NCBI RefSeq assembly: GCF_044324785.1
Contig: NZ_CP172127.1
Direction: 5' to 3' (one strand)
Length of the DNA stretch: 64,000 nucleotides
From: Escherichia coli
GTDB taxonomy: Bacteria > Pseudomonadota > Gammaproteobacteria > Enterobacterales > Enterobacteriaceae
The notes beneath the pieces were generated by a model. It was not told the origin of the DNA. It saw only the letters and a list, made by a program, of their open reading frames with translations, and searched no databases. Positions within the stretch are counted from its first letter, which is position 1. Each line of letters begins with the position of its first letter. The position numbers and the translations under genes are program-made. This document shows, one piece after another, positions 51,188-63,357 of the stretch.

Positions 51188-51889
51188 TTAATGATCAACA
51201 GGTAGATTTACACTGTTCACTTTTATTCCATAACGAGATAAAGGCTGTAGGATGACTTGATTAATTGGCAGCGAACTGGATAAAGTAGCCGTTAACGTTT
51301 CACCAGGTAAAATAAAGGTACGCAGCAGGTCTACCATTTTATTATTTTCAGGTATGATGATTTCAGGAGATAGACGAATCACGTAAGCGCCGGTATTTAC
51401 AACCTGTAAATTCGTACCTTGTTGTTTAAATTTTAAATCGCCCCATGGTTCTTTGTTTTTTTTAATGTTTTTTGGCGTGATGATGACAGGGATATCCTGT
51501 GTGTAAATAACATTCAGCTTAATGTTATCAGTTTTTTTTTCATCAGCATTTTTTGATGGAATACCACTAAATTGGGCTCGCATCATATGTTCTACCATAA
51601 GTGGTTTAGTCGTTTGTAATATGAAACGAACTTGTTGCCTTTTTCCCGATTCGACGCGTACGACAGGTTGGGTTGGTATTAGTTTAATACCACTGTTTTT
51701 TTCTTCATCAATCAGGCTGGTTCTGACATATAGCAATGCCGCATCGCTGCCAGTATTAGTCACATTAATACTGGCTTCGCCATCTTCCTCGTAGACTTCC
51801 AGTACTGGCGTTTCGGGCTGCATACCAGCGGTCCAACCATGGGAGGAGAAAAGACAGTAGCCGAAGAATAAATAACGTAAATATTTCAT
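51188..51889 (-). CDS. yhcA: Periplasmic fimbrial chaperone (PapD-like)
   Basis: 233-aa ORF with signal peptide and chaperone pattern. Confidence 0.9.
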   Translation of the reverse strand: MKYLRYLFFGYCLFSSHGWTAGMQPETPVLEVYEEDGEASINVTNTGSDAALLYVRTSLIDEEKNSGIKLIPTQPVVRVESGKRQQVRFILQTTKPLMVEHMMRAQFSGIPSKNADEKKTDNIKLNVIYTQDIPVIITPKNIKKNKEPWGDLKFKQQGTNLQVVNTGAYVIRLSPEIIIPENNKMVDLLRTFILPGETLTATLSSSLPINQVILQPLSRYGIKVNSVNLPVDH

Positions 51890-52007
51890 AAATTATAAAC
51901 GCATAATATAAAAAGAACGATACGCCCACAGAATGTGTAGGCGTTGTTTTATTAAATTATTCATGTATGTTATTTTTCAGTTAAAACTAAAAAATAACAG
52001 CAATAAA

Positions 52008-52754
52008 TTATTTATATTCCAGGAAGACTTCAAAGCCACCTGTATACTCTTCACGCCCGGTCACATCAGCGAAAGAGGCTTTATCCAGCAGCGCGACCGT
52101 TGTTTGTAGCGGGAAAACAACTGTTTTAGCTGGCGTGATGGAAGTCTTTCCTGGTTCTGCAACAGAAATACGACGAGTATTGGTTAAAGATACTGCACCA
52201 GCTGAATCTTTAGGCACGATGGTCCATGGCTGGTCAAGGTCGGTGCTATAGCTATAGATCAGCACTTTTTCAACTGGGGTAGGGTTTGCAACAGTGGTGA
52301 TTGTCGGGGTTCTGAATACAGTCCAGAATGCTCCAGCACCTTTGCCGCCAGCACGCAGTAGTGGGTTGATCTGATTTTTTGAAGAGCCGAGAGTTAAATC
52401 AACTGTGCGACCATCTGCAGTGTTAATGATGGTAGGATTGCCGTTAGAAAGCGTTTTTACTTTGCTTTCATCAGCGGCATTGAGATGATTAGTTCTTAGT
52501 GCAACATACATATCGGTCGGACAATCAACTTTAAGCTGACTTTCTTTGATCATCGGTAGGTTATTCGATGCATCGGTAAGTTGATCAACAGCCTGAGTAC
52601 CAAAATCCAGAGTGTTACCCTCAATAATACCCAGTGAACATCCCGAAGGGACTAAAAGACCTTTCACGGTAATGGTTGCATCCGCAGCCAGAGCTGAACC
52701 GGTGGTAATAGCCAGAATCGCTACGCTGAGCGTAAGCTTTTTAACTAATGACAT
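52008..52754 (-). CDS. gltF: Periplasmic DUF1120 protein GltF
   Basis: ORF track 52008-52790; signal peptide MSLVKKLTLSVAILAITTGSALA favours the start at 52754; C-terminus GGFEVFLEYK resembles yhcF. Confidence 0.7.
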   Translation of the reverse strand: MSLVKKLTLSVAILAITTGSALAADATITVKGLLVPSGCSLGIIEGNTLDFGTQAVDQLTDASNNLPMIKESQLKVDCPTDMYVALRTNHLNAADESKVKTLSNGNPTIINTADGRTVDLTLGSSKNQINPLLRAGGKGAGAFWTVFRTPTITTVANPTPVEKVLIYSYSTDLDQPWTIVPKDSAGAVSLTNTRRISVAEPGKTSITPAKTVVFPLQTTVALLDKASFADVTGREEYTGGFEVFLEYK

Positions 52755-53200
52755 GTTGTTAAATTCCATGTTAAGTAAATGTTGTATCAAGACGTGAAAA
52801 CATTGTTTTTAATAAAGCTTTGAGAGTATACAAAATATTTCTTTAAATAAATTTTAAAATATATATGTTTTATTTTTTACATAATTTATGTGAATTGTTT
52901 TTTTGTTATTTTGGGATCGGGTGTCACTTTTTAGGTGTTATTTATTCGATTTATGAATATTTACTTTAAAAAATCAGAATATATAAAGACAGTTTTTTCG
53001 GGGATTGGCTCGTATTGTAAGAGCTGAAATTGTTTACTCTGTGGATTCGAGGAAGAAAGGTACTAAGACAATTATTTGTCTTGGTTTGCCCATCTATAAT
53101 TGAAAATGCGTTACGAGTTGTGGAAGATGAAGATAGATGAGGTGAGGATCCAGCTCCCTGTCATCTGTTATGCTGTCAGGGAACCGGAAAGTGCTAGGGC

Positions 53201-54631
<1,431 letters not shown>

Positions 54632-57600
54632 TTACTGCGCCTGCACGCGCAACTCTGCTGCGCTACGACTACGGTGACCCAGCAGTGCTTTTACATCACT
54701 GGACTTCGGTTTAACCAGCGCAAATTTAGTGGCGAAGGTTGACCAGTTCGCCAGAATCTCTTCACCGCGCTGAGAGCCAGTATGCTGAACATGCTCGGTG
54801 ATAAGACCACGCAGATGCTCTTCATGGATTGCCAGATCGTCAACGCTTAAGACCTCGACCAGTTCCGGGTTAACGCGTTTGCGGAAATCGCCGCTTTCAT
54901 CGAGAACGTAAGCGAAGCCACCGGTCATGCCCGCGCCGAAATTCACGCCGGTTTTACCCAGAATACAGACGATACCGCCCGTCATATATTCACAGCCGTT
55001 GTCGCCAATGCCTTCTACCACGGTGATAGCACCGGAGTTCCGCACGCCGAAACGTTCACCCGCGCGGCCTGCGGCATACAGACGACCACCGGTCGCGCCA
55101 TACAGGCAGGTGTTGCCGATAATGCTTGCTTCGTGGCTGCGGAAGGCTGAGCCAACCGGAGGACGAATGGCGATTAAGCCGCCCGCCATGCCTTTACCAA
55201 CATAGTCGTTGGCATCACCGGTCAGGTACAGTTCCACGCCGCCCGCGTTCCACACGCCGAAGCTCTGGCCTGCGGTGCCGTTGAAGTACGCTTTGATCGG
55301 ATCGGCTGCCAGCCCCTGATCGCCGTGCGTCTGGGCGATATAGCCTGAAAGCGATGCGCCGACAGAACGGTCGGTGTTGCGAATATCGAACCAGAAGGTT
55401 TTGCTCTGGCGTTCATCGACAAACGGTTTCGCCTGTTGCAGCAACTGCGCGTTCAGCAGACCGTTATCAAACGGCGGGTTGTTTTCGGTGCAGTAAAGTG
55501 CCTTACCAGCATGCGGCTCGGCAGTCTCCAGCAGCTTCGACAGTGCCAGTTTCTGCTGTTTGGCGGTGAAACCGTCCAGCTCTTTCAGCAGGTCGGTGCG
55601 ACCAATCAGATCCACCAGACGCGTTACCCCCAGCTGTGCCATCAGCTCGCGGGTTTCACGAGCGATAAACTCAAAGTAATTCGTCACCTTGAATGGCAGG
55701 CCGTGATAGTGATTCTTACGCAGTTTGTCATCCTGAGTTGCCACACCCGTTGCGCAGTTGTTCAGGTGGCAAATACGCAGATATTTACAGCCGAGCGCCA
55801 CCATTGGGCCAGTGCCGAAGCCGAAGCTTTCTGCGCCGAGAATCGCCGCTTTGATTATATCAACGCCGGTTTTCAGGCCGCCATCGACCTGCAAACGGAT
55901 TTTATGACGTAAACCGTTGGCAACCAGCGCCTGTTGGGTTTCCACCAGGCCGAGTTCCCACGGGCAGCCTGCATATTTCACTGACGACAGCGGGCTTGCG
56001 CCGGTGCCGCCGTCATAGCCCGCGATGGTGATCAAGTCCGCATAAGCTTTCGCCACGCCAGTCGCGATGGTGCCAACGCCTGGTTCGGACACCAGCTTCA
56101 CGGAGATCATCGCTTTCGGGTTAACCTGCTTGAGGTCGAAAATAAGCTGCGCTAAGTCTTCGATAGAGTAGATATCGTGGTGCGGCGGCGGGGAGATCAG
56201 CGTCACTCCGGGCACCGAATAGCGCAGTTTGGCGATGTAAGGAGTGACTTTGTCGCCCGGCAACTGACCGCCTTCGCCCGGCTTCGCGCCCTGGGCGACT
56301 TTAATCTGAATGACGTCAGCATTGACCAGGTACGCCGGAGTAACGCCGAAGCGACCAGAAGCCACCTGCTTGATGCGCGACACTTTGTTAGTGCCGTAGC
56401 GCGCCGGATCTTCACCACCTTCACCGGAGTTGGAGTTGCCGCCAATGCTGTTCATCGCTTCCGCCAGCGCCTCGTGGGCTTCCGGGCTTAACGCGCCGAT
56501 AGACATTGCGGCGGTATCGAAGCGTTTAAACAGTTCGCTTGCCGGTTCAACATCAGCAATGTTGACTGCGTTTTCACCCGGCGTAATTGCCAGCAGATCG
56601 CGCAGCGTGGTTGCCGGACGCTCATTAACCAGCTTCGCGTATTCCTGATAGTCGCTGTACTCGCCGCTTTGTACCGCCTGTTGCAGTGTGCGCACCACGT
56701 CTGGGTTGTAGGCGTGGTATTCGCCGCCGTGCACATATTTCAGCAGGCCGCCCTGGCTGATGGGCTTACGCGCCAGCCAGGCACGTTTCGACAGATTCAG
56801 CAGATCCTGCTGGAAGTCTTCAAAGCTTGCCCCGCCAATGCGGCTGACCGCGCCCTGGAAGCACAGGCCCACTACATCATCGTGTAGACCGACCGCTTCA
56901 AACAGTTTCGAGCAGCGGTAAGAGGCGATGGTGGAGATGCCCATTTTGGACATGATTTTGTACAAGCCTTTGTTGATGCCGTTACGGTAGTTGAGCATCA
57001 CGGTACGATAATCTTTGGCAATCGCGTGGGTGTCTACCAGGCGGCCCAGCGTTTCATAGGCAAGGTACGGATAAATAGCCGTCGCACCGAAGCCCAGCAA
57101 CACGGCGAAGTGGTGCGGATCGCGGGCGCTGGCGGTTTCGACGATGATGTTGGCATCGCAACGCAGGCTTTGATCGACCAGACGGGTCTGGATCGCGCCA
57201 ACCGCCATCGGGGCTGGAACCGGCAGGCGATCTTTAGCGATATTCCTGTCGGAGAGCACCAGCAGCACAGTGCCGCTACGTACCATTTTTTCAGCTTTGT
57301 CGCACAGCTCTTTGACCGTCGCTTCGAGCGTGGTTTTAGTGACGTCAAAGGTGATATCCAGTGTATCTGCGCGGTAGTGCTCCTCTTTCATCGTCGTGAG
57401 CTGTTTGAAATCGGAGTAGAGCAGAATCGGCGATTTAAAGCTTAAACGGTGCGCCTGGCCCTCTGCTTCGCAAAAGACGTTCATTTCACGACCGATACTG
57501 GTGGCGAGCGACATAACATGCGCTTCACGCAGCGGGTCGATTGGCGGGTTAGTCACCTGGGCAAACTGCTGGCGGAAGTAATCGTAAATAATGCGCGGCT

Positions 57601-59185
57601 GACTGGAGAGCACGGCGAATGGGGTGTCGTCGCCCATCGAACCGACCGCTTCCTGACCGTTTTCGCCCAGTACGCGAATTACGGAGTCCAGCTCTTCCGC
57701 GCTGTAGTTAAACTGTTTCTGGTAGCTGGCAAGTGTGTCGTCGTCCAGTTCGCGGCTACCCACTTCTTCATCGGGCAGATCTTCAAACGGTACCAGTCGG
57801 CGGACGTTTTTCTCCATCCACTCTTTATATGGATGGCGGCTTTTTAGATCGTCATCAGTTTCTGCCGAGTGCAGAATACGCCCACTGCGGGTGTCGATAA
57901 CCATCAGTTCGCCTGGCCCGACGCGGCCTTTTTCGACCACTTCGTCAGGCTGATAATCCCAGATACCGACTTCAGAGGCGCAGGTGATGAGCTTATCTTT
58001 GGTGATGACGTAGCGCGCCGGACGCAGACCGTTACGGTCGAGGTTACAGGCGGCAAAACGACCGTCAGACATCACGATGCCTGCCGGGCCATCCCACGGC
58101 TCCATATGCATGGAGTTAAAGTCAAAGAAGGCGCGCAGTTCCGGGTCCATATCCGGGTTGTTCTGCCAGGCTGGTGGCACTAATAGACGCATGGCACGGA
58201 TGATATCCATCCCGCCTGCCAGCAGGAGTTCCAGCATGTTATCCATCGAACTGGAGTCAGAGCCGGTTTCGTTGACGAACGGCGCGGCGTCGTGCAGGTC
58301 AGGGATAAGCGGCGTCTGGAATTTATAGGTACGCGCACGCGCCCATTGGCGGTTACCGGTGATGGTGTTGATTTCACCGTTATGCGCCAGGTAGCGGAAC
58401 GGCTGCGCCAGCGGCCAGCGCGGTACGGTGTTAGTGGAAAAGCGCTGGTGAAACAGGCAGATGGCCGATTCCAGACGCAGGTCCGCGAGGTCCAGGTAGA
58501 AGCGCGGCAGATCCGCAGGCATACACAGACCTTTATAAATATTGACCAGATTCGACAGGCTACAGACGTAGAAGTCTTTGTCGGCTTCGAGACGCTTTTC
58601 AATGCGGCGGCGGGCGATAAACAGACGGCGCTCCATATCGCGCGGACGCCAGCCTGCCGGGGCGTTCACAAAAATTTGCTCAATGCGTGGCAGAGAGGAG
58701 AGGGCGATTTCACCCAGCACGCCTTCGTTAGTGGGGACATCACGCCAGCCCACAATCGATAAGGTTTCGCGTTGCAGCTCTTCTTCAACGATGCGGCGTG
58801 CGGCAGCGGCGAGTTCAGGATCTTTATTCAGGAATAGCATCCCGACGGCGTAGTTTTTCGCTAAACGCCAGCCGCGCTCCTGCGCAACGATGCGAAAAAA
58901 GCGATCCGGTTTTTGTAACAGCAAGCCGCAACCGTCACCGGTTTTACCATCGGCGAGAATCGCGCCACGGTGCTGCATGCGGGCCAGTGCGTGTATTGCA
59001 GTACGCACTACCTTGTGGCTAGGTTCGCCTTCTATGTGGGCGATCAGGCCGAAACCACAGTTATCCCTCTCAAGGGATTTATCGTACAACATATCGTGAA
59101 CCTCCCCCAGGCTCTGCGGGAACCCCACTTCCGAACCGCTGCGCACGGGCACAGAAAGAGCGTGGCGACGGGGTTTGCGTGTCAT
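54632..59185 (-). CDS. gltB: Glutamate synthase large subunit
   Basis: 1517 aa from MTRKPRRHALS with the catalytic Cys in ...ERDNCGFGLIAH; ORF track has a 23-codon extension. Confidence 0.95.
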   Translation of the reverse strand: MTRKPRRHALSVPVRSGSEVGFPQSLGEVHDMLYDKSLERDNCGFGLIAHIEGEPSHKVVRTAIHALARMQHRGAILADGKTGDGCGLLLQKPDRFFRIVAQERGWRLAKNYAVGMLFLNKDPELAAAARRIVEEELQRETLSIVGWRDVPTNEGVLGEIALSSLPRIEQIFVNAPAGWRPRDMERRLFIARRRIEKRLEADKDFYVCSLSNLVNIYKGLCMPADLPRFYLDLADLRLESAICLFHQRFSTNTVPRWPLAQPFRYLAHNGEINTITGNRQWARARTYKFQTPLIPDLHDAAPFVNETGSDSSSMDNMLELLLAGGMDIIRAMRLLVPPAWQNNPDMDPELRAFFDFNSMHMEPWDGPAGIVMSDGRFAACNLDRNGLRPARYVITKDKLITCASEVGIWDYQPDEVVEKGRVGPGELMVIDTRSGRILHSAETDDDLKSRHPYKEWMEKNVRRLVPFEDLPDEEVGSRELDDDTLASYQKQFNYSAEELDSVIRVLGENGQEAVGSMGDDTPFAVLSSQPRIIYDYFRQQFAQVTNPPIDPLREAHVMSLATSIGREMNVFCEAEGQAHRLSFKSPILLYSDFKQLTTMKEEHYRADTLDITFDVTKTTLEATVKELCDKAEKMVRSGTVLLVLSDRNIAKDRLPVPAPMAVGAIQTRLVDQSLRCDANIIVETASARDPHHFAVLLGFGATAIYPYLAYETLGRLVDTHAIAKDYRTVMLNYRNGINKGLYKIMSKMGISTIASYRCSKLFEAVGLHDDVVGLCFQGAVSRIGGASFEDFQQDLLNLSKRAWLARKPISQGGLLKYVHGGEYHAYNPDVVRTLQQAVQSGEYSDYQEYAKLVNERPATTLRDLLAITPGENAVNIADVEPASELFKRFDTAAMSIGALSPEAHEALAEAMNSIGGNSNSGEGGEDPARYGTNKVSRIKQVASGRFGVTPAYLVNADVIQIKVAQGAKPGEGGQLPGDKVTPYIAKLRYSVPGVTLISPPPHHDIYSIEDLAQLIFDLKQVNPKAMISVKLVSEPGVGTIATGVAKAYADLITIAGYDGGTGASPLSSVKYAGCPWELGLVETQQALVANGLRHKIRLQVDGGLKTGVDIIKAAILGAESFGFGTGPMVALGCKYLRICHLNNCATGVATQDDKLRKNHYHGLPFKVTNYFEFIARETRELMAQLGVTRLVDLIGRTDLLKELDGFTAKQQKLALSKLLETAEPHAGKALYCTENNPPFDNGLLNAQLLQQAKPFVDERQSKTFWFDIRNTDRSVGASLSGYIAQTHGDQGLAADPIKAYFNGTAGQSFGVWNAGGVELYLTGDANDYVGKGMAGGLIAIRPPVGSAFRSHEASIIGNTCLYGATGGRLYAAGRAGERFGVRNSGAITVVEGIGDNGCEYMTGGIVCILGKTGVNFGAGMTGGFAYVLDESGDFRKRVNPELVEVLSVDDLAIHEEHLRGLITEHVQHTGSQRGEEILANWSTFATKFALVKPKSSDVKALLGHRSRSAAELRVQAQ

Positions 59186-59765
59186 ACGCGCGCCTCGCAT
59201 TCGCCCCCTTGTTGTCCTTTCGCATCGGTTAATACGGTGAAGAGGGGATCTCAATTACTGCATAAATATGATGAGCAGGCTGCTCATCCAGAAAGCTTCC
59301 AGCGGATTTCCAACTTATCGGGAAAGCTGATACAGGTCAAATGGCAAGCTTATTGGTACAGAAATGTGCTTTAGCGCAAAATTCTTTATTAATTAGCTGA
59401 AATTAAAATAGATTTTCTATTTAAGACTAAAAGGGGAGTCGTTAGAGAAACAGCCAATTCCTGACTGTCATAAAGGCGTGTTAACCCTTATCCTGCCTTG
59501 AACTGGCGAGAAAACCAGCATTTTATACTGCCTTAATTGGTAATGACGTTTCATGCTACTGTTTTTGCCTAAAATCCATAAGGCGATAAAAAAATCTGAC
59601 ACAAGATAAGCAAAAATGATTTATGTGATCATGCATGAAATTTCGGTAATTTTGATTGATTATGCAGTTGATAAAAGCGGTCCGGGACGATTGATCCAGG
59701 TCATCGCCGAATTGAGCTAAAAATGGCAGGCTTTGGCCTCTTTTCAAGGCGCGGTCTATCAGATT

Positions 59766-60695
59766 ATGCAGTTACAGAAATTAGTCAATATGTTTGGTGG
59801 TGATCTCACCCGTCGTTATGGGCAAAAGGTGCATAAGCTGACGCTGCACGGCGGTTTTAGCTGCCCTAACCGTGACGGTACCATCGGGCGTGGTGGCTGC
59901 ACATTCTGTAATGTTGCCTCGTTTGCCGATGAAGCGCAGCAGCATCGTTCCATTGCCGAACAACTGGCGCACCAGGCGAATTTAGTTAACCGCGCTAAAC
60001 GCTATCTGGCCTACTTTCAGGCGTATACCAGCACCTTTGCGGAAGTTCAGGTGTTGCGTTCTATGTATCAGCAGGCGGTGAGCCAGGCCAATATTGTCGG
60101 TTTGTGTGTTGGTACCCGCCCGGACTGCGTGCCGGATGCGGTGCTGGATCTGCTTTGTGAATATAAAGACCAGGGCTACGAAGTGTGGCTGGAGCTGGGG
60201 CTGCAAACCGCGCACGACAAAACGCTACATCGCATCAATCGCGGTCATGATTTCGCCTGTTATCAGCGCACGACGCAACTGGCACGCCAGCGCGGGCTGA
60301 AAGTGTGCTCGCATTTAATTGTTGGCCTGCCTGGCGAAGGGCAGACGGAATGTTTGCAAACGCTGGAGCGAGTGGTTGAAACCGGCGTGGACGGCATAAA
60401 GCTGCATCCGCTGCATATTGTGAAAGGCAGTATTATGGCGAAAGCCTGGGAAGCGGGGCGTTTCAACGGTATTGAACTGGAGGATTACACGTTCACTGCC
60501 GGAGAAATGATTCGCCATACGCCACCGGAAGTGATCTACCACCGCATTTCCGCCAGCGCCCGTCGCCCGACGTTGCTTGCTCCGCTGTGGTGCGAAAATC
60601 GATGGACGGGAATGGTCGAGCTGGATCGCTATCTGAATGAACATGGCGTACAGGGATCGGCGCTGGGACGCCCGTGGCTACCTCCAACGGAGTAG
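59766..60695 (+). CDS. yhcC: Radical SAM protein YhcC
   Basis: 309 aa from MQLQKLVNMFGGDL; Cys cluster CPNRDGTIGRGGCTFC; ORF track has an 11-codon extension. Confidence 0.9.
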   Translation: MQLQKLVNMFGGDLTRRYGQKVHKLTLHGGFSCPNRDGTIGRGGCTFCNVASFADEAQQHRSIAEQLAHQANLVNRAKRYLAYFQAYTSTFAEVQVLRSMYQQAVSQANIVGLCVGTRPDCVPDAVLDLLCEYKDQGYEVWLELGLQTAHDKTLHRINRGHDFACYQRTTQLARQRGLKVCSHLIVGLPGEGQTECLQTLERVVETGVDGIKLHPLHIVKGSIMAKAWEAGRFNGIELEDYTFTAGEMIRHTPPEVIYHRISASARRPTLLAPLWCENRWTGMVELDRYLNEHGVQGSALGRPWLPPTE

Positions 60696-60790
60696 ACCAT
60701 TGAGGGGAATTCCGCATTTCTCACACAATTTATAACGTAACTGTCAGAATTGGGTATTATTGGGGCAGGTTGTCGTGAAGGAATTCCCTA

Positions 60791-63127
60791 ATGAAGCAAA
60801 TTCGTCTGCTGGCGCAGTATTATGTTGACCTGATGATGAAGTTAGGTCTGGTGCGCTTCTCAATGTTGCTGGCGCTGGCCCTCGTCGTTCTTGCCATTGT
60901 GGTACAAATGGCAGTGACCATGGTGCTGCATGGTCAGGTCGAAAGCATTGATGTTATTCGTTCTATCTTCTTTGGTTTGCTGATTACGCCGTGGGCGGTC
61001 TACTTTCTATCGGTGGTTGTCGAGCAACTGGAGGAGTCACGGCAACGTCTGTCACGGCTGGTGCAAAAACTGGAGGAGATGCGCGAGCGCGATTTGAGCC
61101 TCAACGTTCAGTTAAAAGATAATATTGCCCAGCTAAATCAGGAAATCGCCGTTCGTGAAAAAGCGGAAGCAGAACTGCAGGAAACCTTCGGCCAACTGAA
61201 AATTGAAATTAAAGAGCGCGAAGAGACACAAATTCAGCTCGAACAGCAATCCTCATTCTTACGTTCCTTCCTTGATGCTTCACCCGACCTGGTTTTTTAT
61301 CGTAACGAAGATAAAGAGTTTTCCGGCTGTAACCGCGCGATGGAGCTGCTGACCGGAAAAAGCGAAAAACAACTGGTTCACCTGAAACCTGCTGATGTTT
61401 ACTCACCGGAAGCCGCTGCGAAAGTCATTGAAACCGATGAAAAAGTGTTCCGTCATAATGTGTCACTGACCTATGAGCAGTGGCTGGATTATCCCGACGG
61501 ACGCAAAGCCTGCTTTGAAATCCGTAAAGTGCCGTACTACGACCGCGTGGGTAAACGTCACGGTTTGATGGGCTTTGGTCGCGACATTACCGAGCGTAAG
61601 CGGTATCAGGATGCACTTGAACGCGCCAGCCGCGACAAAACGACGTTTATCTCCACCATCAGTCACGAATTGCGTACACCGCTGAACGGTATCGTCGGCC
61701 TGAGCCGCATTCTGCTGGATACCGAACTCACCGCCGAGCAGGAAAAATATCTCAAAACCATCCATGTTTCTGCCGTCACGCTGGGGAATATCTTTAACGA
61801 TATTATCGACATGGATAAGATGGAACGGCGCAAGGTCCAGCTTGATAATCAACCGGTTGATTTCACCAGCTTCCTTGCCGATCTGGAAAATCTCTCCGCA
61901 TTGCAGGCGCAACAAAAAGGATTGCGCTTTAATCTGGAGCCTACGCTGCCATTACCGCATCAGGTCATTACCGACGGGACGCGTTTACGGCAAATCCTGT
62001 GGAACCTCATCAGTAACGCCGTCAAATTCACCCAGCAAGGCCAGGTTACCGTGCGCGTGCGCTACGATGAAGGCGATATGCTGCATTTTGAAGTGGAAGA
62101 CTCTGGTATCGGCATTCCGCAGGATGAGCTGGATAAAATCTTCGCCATGTATTACCAGGTGAAAGACAGTCATGGCGGTAAACCTGCCACCGGCACCGGT
62201 ATTGGTCTGGCCGTTTCTCGTCGTCTGGCGAAAAATATGGGCGGCGATATTACGGTTACCAGCGAACAGGGCAAAGGTTCAACCTTTACGTTGACGATCC
62301 ACGCACCGTCGGTGGCAGAAGAGGTCGATGATGCGTTTGATGAAGACGATATGCCTTTACCGGCGCTGAATGTGCTGCTGGTGGAAGACATTGAACTGAA
62401 CGTGATTGTCGCGCGTTCTGTGCTGGAAAAATTAGGTAACAGCGTTGATGTCGCCATGACCGGCAAGGCGGCGCTGGAGATGTTTAAACCGGGCGAATAC
62501 GACCTGGTATTGCTGGATATTCAGTTGCCAGATATGACCGGGCTGGATATCTCTCGTGAACTGACGAAGCGTTATCCGCGCGAGGATTTACCGCCGCTGG
62601 TGGCCTTAACCGCTAACGTGCTGAAAGACAAACAAGAGTACCTCAATGCTGGAATGGATGATGTGCTGAGTAAGCCGCTTTCTGTTCCGGCGCTAACCGC
62701 GATGATCAAGAAATTCTGGGATACCCAGGATGATGAGGAGAGTACGGTGACGACAGAAGAGAACAGTAAATCAGAAGCATTGCTCGATATTCCCATGCTG
62801 GAACAGTATCTCGAACTTGTAGGACCGAAGCTGATCACCGACGGGTTAGCGGTGTTTGAGAAGATGATGCCGGGCTATGTCAGCGTGCTGGAGTCGAATC
62901 TGACGGCGCAGGATAAAAAAGGCATTGTTGAGGAAGGACATAAAATTAAAGGTGCGGCGGGGTCAGTGGGGTTACGCCATCTGCAACAGCTGGGTCAGCA
63001 AATTCAGTCTCCTGACCTTCCCGCCTGGGAAGATAACGTCGGTGAATGGATTGAAGAGATGAAAGAAGAGTGGCGTCACGACGTAGAAGTGCTGAAAGCG
63101 TGGGTGGCAAAAGCCACTAAAAAATGA
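60791..63127 (+). CDS. arcB: Aerobic respiration control sensor kinase
   Basis: 778-aa ORF with membrane helices, PAS, HisKA (SHELRTPLN), ATPase, receiver and Hpt domains. Confidence 0.95.
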   Translation: MKQIRLLAQYYVDLMMKLGLVRFSMLLALALVVLAIVVQMAVTMVLHGQVESIDVIRSIFFGLLITPWAVYFLSVVVEQLEESRQRLSRLVQKLEEMRERDLSLNVQLKDNIAQLNQEIAVREKAEAELQETFGQLKIEIKEREETQIQLEQQSSFLRSFLDASPDLVFYRNEDKEFSGCNRAMELLTGKSEKQLVHLKPADVYSPEAAAKVIETDEKVFRHNVSLTYEQWLDYPDGRKACFEIRKVPYYDRVGKRHGLMGFGRDITERKRYQDALERASRDKTTFISTISHELRTPLNGIVGLSRILLDTELTAEQEKYLKTIHVSAVTLGNIFNDIIDMDKMERRKVQLDNQPVDFTSFLADLENLSALQAQQKGLRFNLEPTLPLPHQVITDGTRLRQILWNLISNAVKFTQQGQVTVRVRYDEGDMLHFEVEDSGIGIPQDELDKIFAMYYQVKDSHGGKPATGTGIGLAVSRRLAKNMGGDITVTSEQGKGSTFTLTIHAPSVAEEVDDAFDEDDMPLPALNVLLVEDIELNVIVARSVLEKLGNSVDVAMTGKAALEMFKPGEYDLVLLDIQLPDMTGLDISRELTKRYPREDLPPLVALTANVLKDKQEYLNAGMDDVLSKPLSVPALTAMIKKFWDTQDDEESTVTTEENSKSEALLDIPMLEQYLELVGPKLITDGLAVFEKMMPGYVSVLESNLTAQDKKGIVEEGHKIKGAAGSVGLRHLQQLGQQIQSPDLPAWEDNVGEWIEEMKEEWRHDVEVLKAWVAKATKK

Positions 63128-63239
63128 CCCCGGCTAGACCGGGGTGCGCGAATACTGCGCCAACACCAGGGAAATCTTGGCTGCGCCGTAAATTATTATG
63201 ATGAGTTACAAGGGCACAGCACTGTTTTTCAGGCCGCAC
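63119..63239 (-). ncRNA. arcZ: ArcZ small regulatory RNA
   Basis: Minus-strand sequence GTGCGGCCTGAAAAACAGTGCTGTGCC...GGCGCAGTATTCGCGCACCCCGGTCTAGCCGGGGTCATTTTTT matches ArcZ as I recall it, including the terminator hairpin plus T-run; convergent with and overlapping the last codons of arcB. Confidence 0.85.
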
Positions 63240-63357
63240 GCAGTTAAGATAGCAAAACTTAAATGATTTGTTACATGAATCAGTTAAATGTGTGATGCGT
63301 AGCATTTTTATTAAAAAAATTAATGTGTTTCAGTCAATTGCGAAAGGATGATCACAA

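Noticed and set aside
59255-59765. Palindrome TGAGCAG-g-CTGCTCA and AT-rich tracts upstream of gltB
   Set aside because: They sit in the long gltB leader/promoter region known to bind several global regulators; I could not assign a specific site from sequence alone.
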